From: Candidatus Aldehydirespiratoraceae bacterium
GTDB lineage: Bacteria; Actinomycetota; Acidimicrobiia; Acidimicrobiales; Aldehydirespiratoraceae
Direction of reading: 5' to 3'
Length of the DNA stretch: 64,000 bases
Assembly (NCBI GenBank): GCA_965243715.1
Contig: CBDEVU010000007.1
Location: forward strand, 203,480-267,479
Positions 1-9,912 of this stretch are shown one piece after another. The notes under the pieces were generated by a model. It had not been told where the DNA came from, did no database searches, and saw nothing but the letters and a program-made list of their open reading frames with translations. Numbering within the stretch: the first letter of the stretch is position 1; every line of letters begins with the position of its first letter. A program made the position numbers and the translations under genes.

Positions 1-915
1 GAACGACAGAATCAAACGATTAGCCGAGAACCGTTTGAGCAACTTGACGTGCTGCTCCGTCAACGCCGTTCCGCAGGTGGCGACCGCTAGGGGAATGCCC
101 GCCGTGGCGTAAGCAATGACGTCGGTGTAACCCTCGCAGATGATGGCCTGACCAACTCTGACGATGCTGGCGCGATGGGGATGGAGACCGTACAGGACGC
201 TGCTCTTGTCGTACACCGAGGCCTCGGTGGTGGTGTTTTTGTACTTCGACCCTTCGTGGCCGGGGAGAATGCGACCGCCGAAGCCGACCGAGTTGCCCTG
301 GTCGTCGGTGATGGGAAACATGACACGCCCACGGAAAGCGTCTTGCTGGCGGGCTGCTTTGTTGACGAAACCAAGACCGGAGTCACGCAAGTCGTCGTCG
401 CTGAGTTTGACGTGACGAGCGAGTTGATCCCAGTCGTCGGGGGCCCAGCCGAGTTTGTAGCGAATAATGAGGTCGCGGTCATAGCCACGATTTCGTAGAT
501 AACGTCGCGCCTCGCCCGCATCTGGGCCCTTGCGAAGTCGCTGGTGATAGAACTCAACCGCTTTGTCAACCGCGTCAAGCAACGACCGCTGACGCGAGCG
601 TCGGGCACCCTCGTCCTTCGTCGTGTAACGAAGGGTGACGCCATAACGACCGGCCAGTGACTCAACCGCCCCCACGAAATCCAGATTGTCGATCTCTCGA
701 ACAAAGGTGATGGCATCACCGCTGCGCTGACAACCAAAGCAGTAGTAGACGCCTTTCTCTGGACTTACCGATAGCGATGGCGTGCGTTCGCCATGTAAGG
801 GACAGCGCGCCATCCAACTACGACCGGAGCGCTTGATCTCCGTATGCTCGCCGATGATCTGTACGAGATCAGCCGCGGAGCGCACTCGCGCAACATCGTC
901 GTCATGGATCCCCAT
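1..915 (-). CDS. dnaG: DNA primase DnaG, N-terminal ~305 aa (rest of the gene runs off the left edge)
   Basis: Absent from the ORF track because it has no stop in the window. My translation of the minus strand from ATG 915 gives MGIHDDDVARVRSAADLVQIIGEHTEIKRSGRSWMARCPLHGERTPSLSVSPEKGVYYCFGCQRSGDAITF (CHC2 zinc finger). Further on it gives ...GQAIICEGYTDVIAYATAGIP (TOPRIM EGYxDV) around 87-150. Track ORF 87..737(-) is a shadow frame of this gene. Confidence 0.9.
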   Translation of the reverse strand, partial: MGIHDDDVARVRSAADLVQIIGEHTEIKRSGRSWMARCPLHGERTPSLSVSPEKGVYYCFGCQRSGDAITFVREIDNLDFVGAVESLAGRYGVTLRYTTKDEGARRSRQRSLLDAVDKAVEFYHQRLRKGPDAGEARRYLRNRGYDRDLIIRYKLGWAPDDWDQLARHVKLSDDDLRDSGLGFVNKAARQQDAFRGRVMFPITDDQGNSVGFGGRILPGHEGSKYKNTTTEASVYDKSSVLYGLHPHRASIVRVGQAIICEGYTDVIAYATAGIPLAVATCGTALTEQHVKLLKRFSANRLILSF

Positions 916-988
916 ATCCAGAAACCTAGTACAACGCTCCAGCGGGATACGTACGGCAAACGGGGCGGCCCGCCGACATCAGGCCAAC

Positions 989-2350
989 TTAGTTTAGGCG
1001 AGGGGTTAGGTAGGATTCTAGGTGGTCGATGGCTACGCGGTCTTGGGCTCTGGTGTCACGGTCGCGGACCGTTACTTTTCGATCCTCGAGCGTGTCGAAG
1101 TCGACGGTGACGCAAAACGGCGTACCTATCTCATCTTGACGGGCGTACCGCTTGCCGATCGACTGAGTCTCGTCGTAGTCACTCATCCACCGGCTTTTCA
1201 CGATGTCAAAAATCTCGTGCGCTGTCGGGGTCAGCGTGTCCTTCTTCGACAGCGGCAGCACGGCAATCTTGTACGGCGCGAGTCGATGGTCGAGGCGTAG
1301 CACGGTACGGGTGTCGTTGTTCACCGTCTCCTCCTCGTAGGCCGCCATCAAGAACGCCATCGCAGTCCGAGTAGCCCCAGCGGCGGGCTCAATCACGTGC
1401 GGCGTGTAGCGCTCGCCTCGGGCTTGATCGAAGTAGTCGAGTTTTTCGCCCGATGCGTTGGCGTGCTGGAGCAGGTCGTAGTCGCCGCGGTTAGCGATGC
1501 CCTCGAGTTCGTCCCATCCCCACGGGAACAAAAACTCGATGTCGCTGGTGGCCGACGAGTAATGACTGAGTTCATCGGCGTCATGAGCCCTAAGCCGCAC
1601 CTGGTCGGGATTCATGCCCAGATCGAGATACCAGTCCATCCGAGCCTGACACCAATACTCGTACCACTCCCCTGATTCGGCGGGCGGAACGAAGAACTCC
1701 ATCTCCATCTGCTCGAACTCACGGGTACGAAAGACAAAGTTACCTGGCGTGATCTCATTACGGAACGATTTACCGATCTGGGCGATGCCAAACGGTGGCT
1801 TTTTGCGGGTCGTGTTGAGCACGTTGGCGAAGTTGATGAACATGCCTTGAGCGGTCTCGGGGCGGAGGAAAACATCGGCAGCAGTCTCGGCCACCGGACC
1901 CGCCTGCGTCTTGAACATCAAGTTGAAATCGCGCGCCTCAGTAAAAGTGCCCTCGTTGCCACAGTTCGGACACGTATCAGCATTGTCGAGTTTGTCAAGA
2001 CGGTGACGAGCGTGGCAGGTCGTGCAGTCGACTAGCGGATCAGAGAAGTTCGCCAGATGCCCCGATGCCTGCCAGACCTGAGGGGGTGAGAGGATCGACG
2101 CGTCGAGGCCGACGACATCGTGGCGCAACTGCACCATCGAACGCCACCACGCCTCTTTCACGTTGCGCAGCAGCAACACGCCGAGCGGACCGTAGTCGTA
2201 GGTCGAACGAAAACCGCCGTAGATCTCCGCCGACTGAAACACGAAACCGCGGCGCTTCGAGAGGCCGACGATCTTGTCGAAAAGGGTAGGATCGAGGGGA
2301 GACGAGGACGTTTCCGGGGACATAGCGATGAAGGCTACCGACGGGCCCAT
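989..2350 (-). CDS. glyQS: glycine--tRNA ligase (dimeric class II GlyQS type)
   Basis: 453-aa ORF with ...LSKRRGFVFQSAEIYGGFRSTYDYGPLG..., the Cys pairs CTTCHARH...CPNCG and a class II core. The true start may be the second Met (MSPETSS, 2323). Confidence 0.93.
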   Translation of the reverse strand: MGPSVAFIAMSPETSSSPLDPTLFDKIVGLSKRRGFVFQSAEIYGGFRSTYDYGPLGVLLLRNVKEAWWRSMVQLRHDVVGLDASILSPPQVWQASGHLANFSDPLVDCTTCHARHRLDKLDNADTCPNCGNEGTFTEARDFNLMFKTQAGPVAETAADVFLRPETAQGMFINFANVLNTTRKKPPFGIAQIGKSFRNEITPGNFVFRTREFEQMEMEFFVPPAESGEWYEYWCQARMDWYLDLGMNPDQVRLRAHDADELSHYSSATSDIEFLFPWGWDELEGIANRGDYDLLQHANASGEKLDYFDQARGERYTPHVIEPAAGATRTAMAFLMAAYEEETVNNDTRTVLRLDHRLAPYKIAVLPLSKKDTLTPTAHEIFDIVKSRWMSDYDETQSIGKRYARQDEIGTPFCVTVDFDTLEDRKVTVRDRDTRAQDRVAIDHLESYLTPRLN

Positions 2351-2371
2351 GTTCCGAGGATTAACCCGTTA

Positions 2372-3091
2372 CTAGATCTGCCCCATCACCACGACAGACC
2401 GCAGTCGACGCTCAATATGGTTCTCCATCAAGGCGACCGCCAAAAGGTCAACTTCAGCAGTGGCGGGCCCGACCGGTTCGCTAAGTGCGCCAGCCAGATC
2501 ACCACCCAGAATACGCCGCAGGAGATCAAGCGCGCCCGCACTGATGGGCCGTCCTCGCCGACACGAGTGACACAACACGCCGCCGTCGACAAGGCCGATA
2601 GCTTCGAGAGTTTCGACGCCACCACACGAAACACAGCGGTCGAGTTGGGGCTGTACGCCTTCGTGAGCGAGCAACTTCAAGAAGAAAGCGGCGATAACCA
2701 ACGCACTATCGTTCTGCTCCATGGTGCGAAGGGCCCGCACCAACATGACGTGGAGTTCGGGATCGGGCTCTCGGTCTTGGGCGACTTGATCGACCGCTTC
2801 GAGCATCGCTTCGGCCCGCGCCAAGCGGTCGGGGGAGGTCCGCATCGACACAAAGCGGTCAACAGTTTCGACCTGACAGACAATGTCGAGTTCGCCGCGC
2901 CCTCGATACAGTTGGATTGATACGTGACTAAGCGGTTCTAGGCGGGCCCCGAACTTCGACTTGGTCCGGCGTACACCCTTGGCCACCCCGCGCACCTTGC
3001 CGTGATCGTGGGTGTGGAGGCTGATAATGCGATCCGCTTCGCCCAGCTTCCAACTCCGCAACACCACGGCATGGTCGCGGTAGAGCTTCAC
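2372..3091 (-). CDS. recO: DNA repair protein RecO
   Basis: Track ORF 2372..3256 over-extends into uppS. An in-frame GTG at 3091 lies 1 nt after the uppS stop (3093-3095) and gives VKLYRDHAVVLRSWKLGEADRIISLHT (RecO OB-fold N-terminus). A C-terminal CxxC...CxxC zinc motif is present (CVSCGG...CHSC). Confidence 0.85.
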   Translation of the reverse strand: MKLYRDHAVVLRSWKLGEADRIISLHTHDHGKVRGVAKGVRRTKSKFGARLEPLSHVSIQLYRGRGELDIVCQVETVDRFVSMRTSPDRLARAEAMLEAVDQVAQDREPDPELHVMLVRALRTMEQNDSALVIAAFFLKLLAHEGVQPQLDRCVSCGGVETLEAIGLVDGGVLCHSCRRGRPISAGALDLLRRILGGDLAGALSEPVGPATAEVDLLAVALMENHIERRLRSVVVMGQI

Positions 3092-3092
3092 C

Positions 3093-3818
3093 TCAGCCGC
3101 CGTTGCCGACTCCGCCGAACCGGCGATCGCGGGCCTGATATTCGTGAATGGCGCCGAGTAAGGCGTCTCTTCCGAATTCGGGCCATGGCGTGTCGGTGAA
3201 CAGCAACTCACTGTAGGCGAGTTCCCACAGCAAAAAGTTGGAGATCCGAAACTCACCCGACGTGCGGATCATCAGATCCGGGTCAGGCATTTCTGGGTCA
3301 TACAGATTCCGCGCGATCGTCTCCTCTGTGACCTGATCGGCCGGTATTTTATCGGCAACAATCCGGCGCACAGCGTCGACAATCTCGGCCCGACCGCCGT
3401 AGTTAAAAGCAATGGTGAAGGTGAGTCCGGTGTTGTTCTCAGTGAGGGCGGTCGAGTCGTCCATGCGTTTAATCAAGCGCTTCGGCACCCGCCAGTCGCG
3501 GCGACCAACGAATCGAATGCGGACGTTTCGTTGATGCAGTTCTTGCTGACGACGAAGTAGGATTTCTTCATTGAAGTTGAGGAGGAACTTAACTTCGTCG
3601 GCGGGGCGACGCCAATTCTCGGTACTGAAAGCGTAAACGGTGAGCCAGTCGACACCGACGTCATCACAGGCTTCGACGACTTCGAACAGAGAGTGCTCCC
3701 CTGCCTTATGCCCCTCGGTGCGGGCCAACCCACGGGCTTGAGCCCAGCGACCATTGCCGTCCATCACGCACGCGACATGCCGCGGGATTTGTTGAAGGTC
3801 GAGATCGGCAATCTGCAC
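3093..3818 (-). CDS. uppS: isoprenyl (undecaprenyl/decaprenyl) diphosphate synthase, cis-prenyltransferase family
   Basis: 241 aa with VACVMDGNGRWA and RTSGEFRISNFLLWELAYSELLF, both cis-IPPS signatures. Confidence 0.92.
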   Translation of the reverse strand: MQIADLDLQQIPRHVACVMDGNGRWAQARGLARTEGHKAGEHSLFEVVEACDDVGVDWLTVYAFSTENWRRPADEVKFLLNFNEEILLRRQQELHQRNVRIRFVGRRDWRVPKRLIKRMDDSTALTENNTGLTFTIAFNYGGRAEIVDAVRRIVADKIPADQVTEETIARNLYDPEMPDPDLMIRTSGEFRISNFLLWELAYSELLFTDTPWPEFGRDALLGAIHEYQARDRRFGGVGNGG

Positions 3819-3875
3819 CTTGGAAACCTACCGTCCGCGCACGTAGGCTCCAGCGATAGATCAGTCGGAGCCTGC

Positions 3876-5777
3876 GTGTCGTTTGCCAAAAATGTCTTGA
3901 CAACCTTGGAGACCGTCACCGCTGCCCTTCCCGACGGCGGCGAACGACGCGAAGGCCAACAAAAAATGGCCGAAGTCGTCGCCGACACGATCGTCGTGGA
4001 TGGCCATACCGTCATCACAGCGGGCACGGGTATCGGCAAGTCGCTCGCCTACCTAGTACCGGTCGCCCTCGCCCGGAAACCAACGATCATCGCCACCGCG
4101 ACGAAGGCACTGCAGGATCAGTTAGCTGACAAAGACCTGCCGTTTTTGATCAATCAGCTCGATGATCCGCCCAGCTTTGCCGTGCTGAAGGGGCGATCCA
4201 ACTATCTGTGTCTCCAGCGCCTTGATGAACTCGGCGGCGAAGCCACTCTCGATCTTGACCTCCACGACGGACCTTTTTCTAGCCAGAAAATCGAGCGACT
4301 CAAAGACTTCGCCGCCAGCAGTTTGGCGAACCCAACCGCTATCGCTGACCGATCCGAACTATCCGATATCAGCGATCAGGAGTGGCGTCGAATTTCGGTA
4401 GGCGGCGACGAATGCCCAGGGGCACAACATTGCCCGCAGGGCGAAGATTGTTTCACCGAGAGGGCCCGCCGCATCGCCGCGGAAGCCGACATCGTCATCG
4501 TGAACCACCACCTTTACGCCCTGAGCATCATGATGGAAACGACCCTGCCAGACCATGACATAGCGGTCATCGACGAGGCTCACCAATTCCATGACATCGT
4601 GGCCGAAGCGGCGGGCCGCCAAATCTCCCCCGCCCGGGTATCTGACGCCTCACGAGCCGCGGCCTCGGCGGTAGCAGACTCAGACAAGTCGGACGCGACC
4701 GAACAAGCCGCAACGGAACTCTGCGTCTGCCTCGAACCCCACCTCGGCCAGCGCCTGCCCGACGGTCCCGACGAGTTGATCATCGCCGCGCTCGAGAAAA
4801 TCCGCTCGGCAGCAGAAAATCAATTGGCCGATTTACGCTCTGTTCCTGACTCGGCCACACCCGACACGAAGGCCAAAGCCATTCGTGCTCTGCAACTGCT
4901 AACTTCGCTAATTGACGACATCGACGCGGCCCGCCAGCCAAGCAACGAAGTGGTCGTGTGGGTAGACAGTTCAACGAAAAATCCGGCTCTGCGGTCCACC
5001 CCGATTGATGTCGCGGAGGTTCTCTCCGAGAACCACTGGGAGGACCACGCCGCGATTTTGACCTCGGCCACTTTGCCACCCACCACACCTGGACAACTGG
5101 GACTCCCCGACAAAACCACCGTTATAGATGTGGGCAGCCCTTTCAAGTACGAGGCCCACGCCCTGCTGTACTGCCCCAGCAATATCCCGGACCCGAGGCA
5201 AGACGGGTTTAGAGAAGCCCAGCACGTCGAGATCGAGGCATTGATCGGGGCTGCCGGAGGGCGCACGCTGGCCTTGTTCACCAGCTACTCGGCGATGAAT
5301 GAAGCCGCCGACACACTTAAAGGCCGCCTGCCGGGGCCGCTGTTGGTCCAAGGTAATGAATCGAAAAATGCCCTGCTGGAAAAATTCGTGGGCGATGAAA
5401 AAACCTCTTTGTTCGCCACGATGTCCTTCTGGCAAGGCGTCGATGCCCCCGGCTCAACCTGCCAACTGGTCATCATCGACCGTCTACCGTTCCCCCGCCC
5501 CGACGATCCGGTGGGCCAAGCCCGCCGCGAGCATGCGGATCCCGGCGGGTGGTGGCTCGTCGATCTCCCCCGAGCCACCACCTTGCTCGCCCAAGGCGCG
5601 GGCCGGCTAATACGAACCGCCACCGATAAAGGCGTTGTTGCGGTGCTCGACCCACGGCTCGCTACTAACAAGTCCTACCGGTGGGATTTCGTCAATGCCT
5701 TACCGCCGATGCGGCGCACTCGGGAGCGCTCAGAAGCGGAGAAATTCTTGCGCCAGTTGCGCGGCCGAGGCGGCTAG
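3876..5777 (+). CDS. DinG/XPD-like ATP-dependent DNA helicase (DEAH, Fe-S type)
   Basis: Walker A AGTGIGKSLAY, DEAH box VIDEAHQF and a Cys cluster (NYLC...ECPGAQHCPQGEDC). The track start 3693 overlaps uppS. The first in-frame start outside uppS is GTG 3876, so the start is uncertain by a few tens of nt. Confidence 0.8.
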   Translation: MSFAKNVLTTLETVTAALPDGGERREGQQKMAEVVADTIVVDGHTVITAGTGIGKSLAYLVPVALARKPTIIATATKALQDQLADKDLPFLINQLDDPPSFAVLKGRSNYLCLQRLDELGGEATLDLDLHDGPFSSQKIERLKDFAASSLANPTAIADRSELSDISDQEWRRISVGGDECPGAQHCPQGEDCFTERARRIAAEADIVIVNHHLYALSIMMETTLPDHDIAVIDEAHQFHDIVAEAAGRQISPARVSDASRAAASAVADSDKSDATEQAATELCVCLEPHLGQRLPDGPDELIIAALEKIRSAAENQLADLRSVPDSATPDTKAKAIRALQLLTSLIDDIDAARQPSNEVVVWVDSSTKNPALRSTPIDVAEVLSENHWEDHAAILTSATLPPTTPGQLGLPDKTTVIDVGSPFKYEAHALLYCPSNIPDPRQDGFREAQHVEIEALIGAAGGRTLALFTSYSAMNEAADTLKGRLPGPLLVQGNESKNALLEKFVGDEKTSLFATMSFWQGVDAPGSTCQLVIIDRLPFPRPDDPVGQARREHADPGGWWLVDLPRATTLLAQGAGRLIRTATDKGVVAVLDPRLATNKSYRWDFVNALPPMRRTRERSEAEKFLRQLRGRGG

Positions 5778-6628
5778 TAACCTAGTTCGGCTACCGACTC
5801 GGGCCGCCGCTGCCAGTTCTTTTCTACCTTGACAAAAAGCTCAACGAACGCGCCGGCGGGCAACTGCTTACGTACCGCCGTACCGGCCTTCTTCAGAGTT
5901 TCGCCGCCCTTGCCGATGACCATTGCCTTCTGGGATTCTCGCTCGACTAGGATCTCGCACCGAATCCGCGGCCACTCCCACTCCACCACGCGGGTCGCGA
6001 TCGAATGCGGTAGCTCCTGACGGGCCACGGCCAGCAACTGCTCTCGTACCAGTTCTGCCACCCAGAACGGACCGGGCACGTCGCTCACCATGTCCTCGGG
6101 GTAGTACTGCGGTCCCTCTGGTAGCCGACCTCTCAAATACTCCAGCAAGGCGGAAATGCCCTCGCCAGTACGTCCGCTCACTGGGAACCAGGCGTCTGCT
6201 TGAAGTCCAGATGTGGCCGACAGTTGAGCCAGCATCTCCGCCGGCTTGGCCAAATCGGCCTTGGTAATAATCACCACGGCGTCGGCTGGCAGCGACTGGG
6301 CAATGAACTTGTCGCCTCGGCCGTACGCCGCGGTGGCGTCGACTACGAAGCAAACAATGTCGACGTCGCGGCTGGCCTGTGAGGCGGTGGCATTGAGGCT
6401 GGTACCGAGGGCACTGCGGGGCTTGTGAATACCCGGCGTGTCGACGAATACCACCTGATCGGTAGCGGTGGTAAGCACGCCTCGCACCTGGGTGCGGGTG
6501 GTCTGGGGCTTATCGCTCACGATCGAAACCTTCTGGCCAAGAATCTGGTTGAGCAGAGTGGACTTCCCCGCGTTGGGACGACCAACGAGGGTAACAAACC
6601 CGCTGCGGTAGCCCGCCAACTCCGTCAC
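5774..6628 (-). CDS. era: GTPase Era
   Basis: GRPNAGKST (G1), DTPG (G3), TKAD (G4) and a KH-like C-terminus. GTG 6628 overlaps the upstream stop as GTGA, so the track start 6679 is probably over-extended. Confidence 0.93.
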   Translation of the reverse strand: MTELAGYRSGFVTLVGRPNAGKSTLLNQILGQKVSIVSDKPQTTRTQVRGVLTTATDQVVFVDTPGIHKPRSALGTSLNATASQASRDVDIVCFVVDATAAYGRGDKFIAQSLPADAVVIITKADLAKPAEMLAQLSATSGLQADAWFPVSGRTGEGISALLEYLRGRLPEGPQYYPEDMVSDVPGPFWVAELVREQLLAVARQELPHSIATRVVEWEWPRIRCEILVERESQKAMVIGKGGETLKKAGTAVRKQLPAGAFVELFVKVEKNWQRRPESVAELGY

Positions 6629-7869
6629 GAAACGACCCTGACAAGCCTCACGCGGGTAATGCGTCGCCCTTCCATACATTCGACATGAAAAATCACGCCC
6701 CCCGACTCGATCGATTCACCAACTTCAGGCACATGGCCCAGCGTATTGAAGATAAAACCGCCCACCGTGTCCCAGTCGCCATCGATGAACTCCTCGTCGA
6801 GTAACGCTCCGAGTTGATCGATGGGCATACGCCCGTGGACCAGCAAATTTCCGCCCGCTAGGGGCTGATACAGCGGTTCTTCATTGTCGTACTCGTCGAC
6901 GATCTCGCCCACCAACTCCTCGACGAGATCCTCGAGGGTGACTAGCCCGGCAGTACCGCCATACTCGTCGACAACGATGGCAAGATGATATTTTGCGGAC
7001 TGCATCTCCCGCAGAAGATCGTCGGCAGCTTTGGTTTCGGGCACGAATCGAGGTTGACGCATAAGCGAATTGATCGGGCGATCTCCTTCTCCCCCCCGCT
7101 CCGCTTGGCTGAGGTCTTTCAGCAGACAAATCCCGATAATGTCGTCAATACTGTCCCCACAAACCGGTACCCGGCTGAACCCTCGTTGGGCGGCCAAGTC
7201 GAGCACTTCTGTGATAGTGGCCTCGCCGTTGGTCGTGGTCATGTCCGTACGCGGGACCATGACTTCGCGCACGACGGTATCACCTAGGGCGAAGACCGAT
7301 TCGATGAGGTCGCGTTCCTCGGCGTCGATCGCGTCGTCGGCCGCCGCGGCTTCCGTCATAGCGATTAACTCGTCTTCTGACACGACCGGGGCACGCCCTG
7401 GGCCAGGCAAGATAGCGTTTGCGATGCCGTTGAGCACCTTGGGGAGCACCCGAATCGGGGCCAAACGCAGCAACAATCGCAGGAAGCGGGCCGAAACCAA
7501 GGCTGCCCGGTCGAGGTGCTGCAGGGCCCAGATCCGCGGGAGGGCTTCGGCGACCACGTAGAGGCTGAGTACGGCGGCGGCCGTCACCACCACGACGCCC
7601 GTCGTTGACGCCCGGCCCGCAGCGAGACGCACGATGATGACCACAACCGTGACCTGACCGGTCACCCTCAGCAACAGCAGGGGGGCCAGGCTCGACTCAC
7701 GATCAGCCAGCACCGCCAGCAGATCGGCCGCTCCGGGTACGTTTTCATCGACCGCTTCGGCTCTCGCCCGACCGATTCGGGTTAGGGCTGTCTCCGCAGC
7801 GGCCGCCATCGCGGCAATCACCGCGATAAGCGCTACCCCAAGCAGGCCAGCAAGAACGGAGGCGTTCAT
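6625..7869 (-). CDS. CNNM/TlyC-family membrane protein (DUF21 + CBS pair + CorC_HlyC)
   Basis: 414 aa with N-terminal TM helices, a CBS-pair region (VREVMVPRTDM...) and a C-terminal CorC/HlyC-like domain. It occupies the conserved position between ybeY and era. Confidence 0.88.
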   Translation of the reverse strand: MNASVLAGLLGVALIAVIAAMAAAAETALTRIGRARAEAVDENVPGAADLLAVLADRESSLAPLLLLRVTGQVTVVVIIVRLAAGRASTTGVVVVTAAAVLSLYVVAEALPRIWALQHLDRAALVSARFLRLLLRLAPIRVLPKVLNGIANAILPGPGRAPVVSEDELIAMTEAAAADDAIDAEERDLIESVFALGDTVVREVMVPRTDMTTTNGEATITEVLDLAAQRGFSRVPVCGDSIDDIIGICLLKDLSQAERGGEGDRPINSLMRQPRFVPETKAADDLLREMQSAKYHLAIVVDEYGGTAGLVTLEDLVEELVGEIVDEYDNEEPLYQPLAGGNLLVHGRMPIDQLGALLDEEFIDGDWDTVGGFIFNTLGHVPEVGESIESGGVIFHVECMEGRRITRVRLVRVVS

Positions 7870-8330
7870 TGGTGGTGCGCGGCGAGGAGTTCCTGTTCGA
7901 GTCCCTCCATAATTTCGGCCTCCGCGTCGGCTAGGTGATCGTGGCCCAAGATGTGCAACACGCCGTGTACGACAAGGAGCGCTACCTCGTCGGCGAAGGT
8001 TCCCGAGTGGTGATCTTGGCCCGCGTGGTCAGGCGCGTTAACGGCTGCTATTTCCGGGCAGATGACGATATCGCCGATCAGGGCATCATCTGAGTCTGCG
8101 TCGCGACCATCGAGCGGGAACGACAAAACATCGGTCGGTTGGTCCCGACCCATATGCTCACAGTTCAGCGCCTGAATCTGAACGGTGTCAACGAACAACA
8201 AGTTGAGTTCACCGGCCCTTATCCCTTGGGCGAGGAGGGCACCGCGTGCTAAATCCGACCACCGTTGAAGATCAATAATCACCCGGGACTGCTCGTTTAC
8301 CCCAATGACACGCAGCTCCCCCACGCTCAT
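7866..8330 (-). CDS. ybeY: rRNA maturation endoribonuclease YbeY
   Basis: 154 aa with the zinc motif HGVLHILGHDH. It has 4-nt overlaps with both neighbours. Confidence 0.93.
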   Translation of the reverse strand: MSVGELRVIGVNEQSRVIIDLQRWSDLARGALLAQGIRAGELNLLFVDTVQIQALNCEHMGRDQPTDVLSFPLDGRDADSDDALIGDIVICPEIAAVNAPDHAGQDHHSGTFADEVALLVVHGVLHILGHDHLADAEAEIMEGLEQELLAAHHQ

Positions 8331-9289
8331 CTAGGCCCCGACTCGTTGCTGGCGGCTTTTTCGTAGGCATTCACGATGTCTTGCACAATCCGGTGGCGCA
8401 CCACGTCGCGTCCGCTGAGGCGCACAAAGCCGATGCCGTCAATGCCGCCGAGGACCGGTTCAAGACCGCCGAGCCCACTTTTAGCGCTCTGCACGTCGAC
8501 CTGAGTGACATCGCCGGTAACCACCGCCCGGGAACCGAAACCAATCCGGGTAAGAAACATTTTCATCTGCTCCGGGGAGGTGTTCTGCGCCTCGTCGAGG
8601 ATGATGAACGAGGCGTTGAGGGTGCGACCCCGCATGAATGCGAGCGGGGCAACCTCCACCGTTCCCCGTTCGAGTAGTCGCTCCATTCCGTCGGCTCCAA
8701 GCATGTCGTGCATGGCGTCGTAGAGCGGGCGCAGGTACGGATCGACCTTGGCCATCAAGTCGCCAGGCAAGAAGCCCAAGTGTTCCCCGGCCTCGACCGC
8801 GGGTCGGGTCAAGACGATCCGCTCGACCTCGCCTGCGTGCAGCGCCCGAACCGCCATCGCCACCGCCAGCCAGGACTTCCCCGTACCGGCGGGCCCGATG
8901 CCGAAGGTGACCACGTTGGCTGCGATGGCCTCGACGTAATCCAACTGGCCGCGGGATTTAGGCCGGATGACGCGCCCCTTCTCGGCTCGCAGGATCTCGT
9001 GAGTCAAAATCGATGAGGGTTTTTCGTCAACGAGAACCATGTCGATCGTGCGTAGCAACGTGCGGTCGTCGAGGGATTGGCCCCGCCCCACTAGAAGAAC
9101 CAATTCCTCAAAGAGTGTGACGACGATGGGCGCATTGTCTCCCGCGACGCTAATCTCGTTGCCGCGCACGGTGATCTCGGTAGCGGGGAACGCTTCTTCG
9201 ATGATACGTAGATGGCTATCGTGCTCGCCGAGCAATGACCCCATGAGGTGGTTGCCGGGCACGCGTATGGTAGTAACGGGTTCGATCAT
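8327..9289 (-). CDS. phoH: PhoH-like ATPase
   Basis: Walker [12 protein letters not shown] and ILDEAQN. I start it at the internal Met ([15 protein letters not shown] 9289) rather than the track start 9397. Confidence 0.88.
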   Translation of the reverse strand: MIEPVTTIRVPGNHLMGSLLGEHDSHLRIIEEAFPATEITVRGNEISVAGDNAPIVVTLFEELVLLVGRGQSLDDRTLLRTIDMVLVDEKPSSILTHEILRAEKGRVIRPKSRGQLDYVEAIAANVVTFGIGPAGTGKSWLAVAMAVRALHAGEVERIVLTRPAVEAGEHLGFLPGDLMAKVDPYLRPLYDAMHDMLGADGMERLLERGTVEVAPLAFMRGRTLNASFIILDEAQNTSPEQMKMFLTRIGFGSRAVVTGDVTQVDVQSAKSGLGGLEPVLGGIDGIGFVRLSGRDVVRHRIVQDIVNAYEKAASNESGPR

Positions 9290-9325
9290 CTTTTGCGGCA
9301 ATGCTAGCCCGGATAGGCTCTGATC

Positions 9326-9910
9326 GTGGAGTCCAACCCCCGTCCTCCAATTTCGCCGGTCACCCTCGGCGGCACCAGTCCGCTTATAGCCCTCCACGAG
9401 TGGGTGGCCGAGGGCGTAGTTGACGAGGCCGCCCGTTCGCGCACTCGGCAGCGCTGGCTGGAACGCCAGGCCAAAGAGAGCGCGACACTAGCGGGCATCT
9501 TGAGCGACCTCGCCGAACGGGACTGCCCCGTCATGCTTACCACCCACGGGGGTCAGCAAATCCGCGGTTCGGTGACCGCGATTGGTGCCGATTTCGTCGT
9601 CATTGGCGAAACCCGGCGGGGCGACGTGTTTATCCCCCTCGGCCGTCTCGCCGTCGTGCGATCAGCCCCCGGTGAGGAATCGCCAACGGGAGACCGGCTG
9701 GCCAACTTCACCATGGTCCTAGCCGCCGCGCTAGTTGAATTGGCGCCGCAGCGTCCCGAGGTCGTTGTATCGGTCGGCGCTAGTCAAATCCGCGGCGAGT
9801 TACGTTCCGCGGGGGCCGACGTCGTCGCGGTCAGCCTCGACGGACCGCGACGCGAAGTTGTTCACGTGGCGGTAGCCGCCATCGATCATCTGGTTATCGT
9901 CGGGCGCTGA
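9326..9910 (+). CDS. hypothetical protein with a basic helical N-terminus and two tandem beta-rich repeats
   Basis: 194-aa ORF starting at GTG 9326, with an alternative GTG at 9404. There is an internal duplication: ...GGQQIRGSVTAIGADFVVIG...LGRLAVV versus ...GASQIRGELRSAGADVVAVS...IDHLVIV. I recognise no family. Confidence 0.45.
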   Translation: MESNPRPPISPVTLGGTSPLIALHEWVAEGVVDEAARSRTRQRWLERQAKESATLAGILSDLAERDCPVMLTTHGGQQIRGSVTAIGADFVVIGETRRGDVFIPLGRLAVVRSAPGEESPTGDRLANFTMVLAAALVELAPQRPEVVVSVGASQIRGELRSAGADVVAVSLDGPRREVVHVAVAAIDHLVIVGR

Positions 9911-9912
9911 AC

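Noticed and set aside
87-737. 216-aa minus-strand ORF from the track (MVVSAAVMPSPLF...)
   Set aside because: It is Ala/Arg/Ser/Thr-rich and low in complexity, and it lies in a different frame of the same strand as a clearly readable dnaG (CHC2 zinc finger and TOPRIM motifs). It is a shadow frame.
915-989. GC-rich segment GGCGGCCCGCC between dnaG and glyQS as a terminator
   Set aside because: The self-complementary arms leave a loop of only 1-3 nt and the U-tract is weak (TTTG), so a terminator call is not supportable.
2351-2371. T-box or other leader upstream of glyQS
   Set aside because: Only 21 nt separate the glyQS start from the recO stop, leaving no room for a T-box, and no specifier or T-box sequence was seen.
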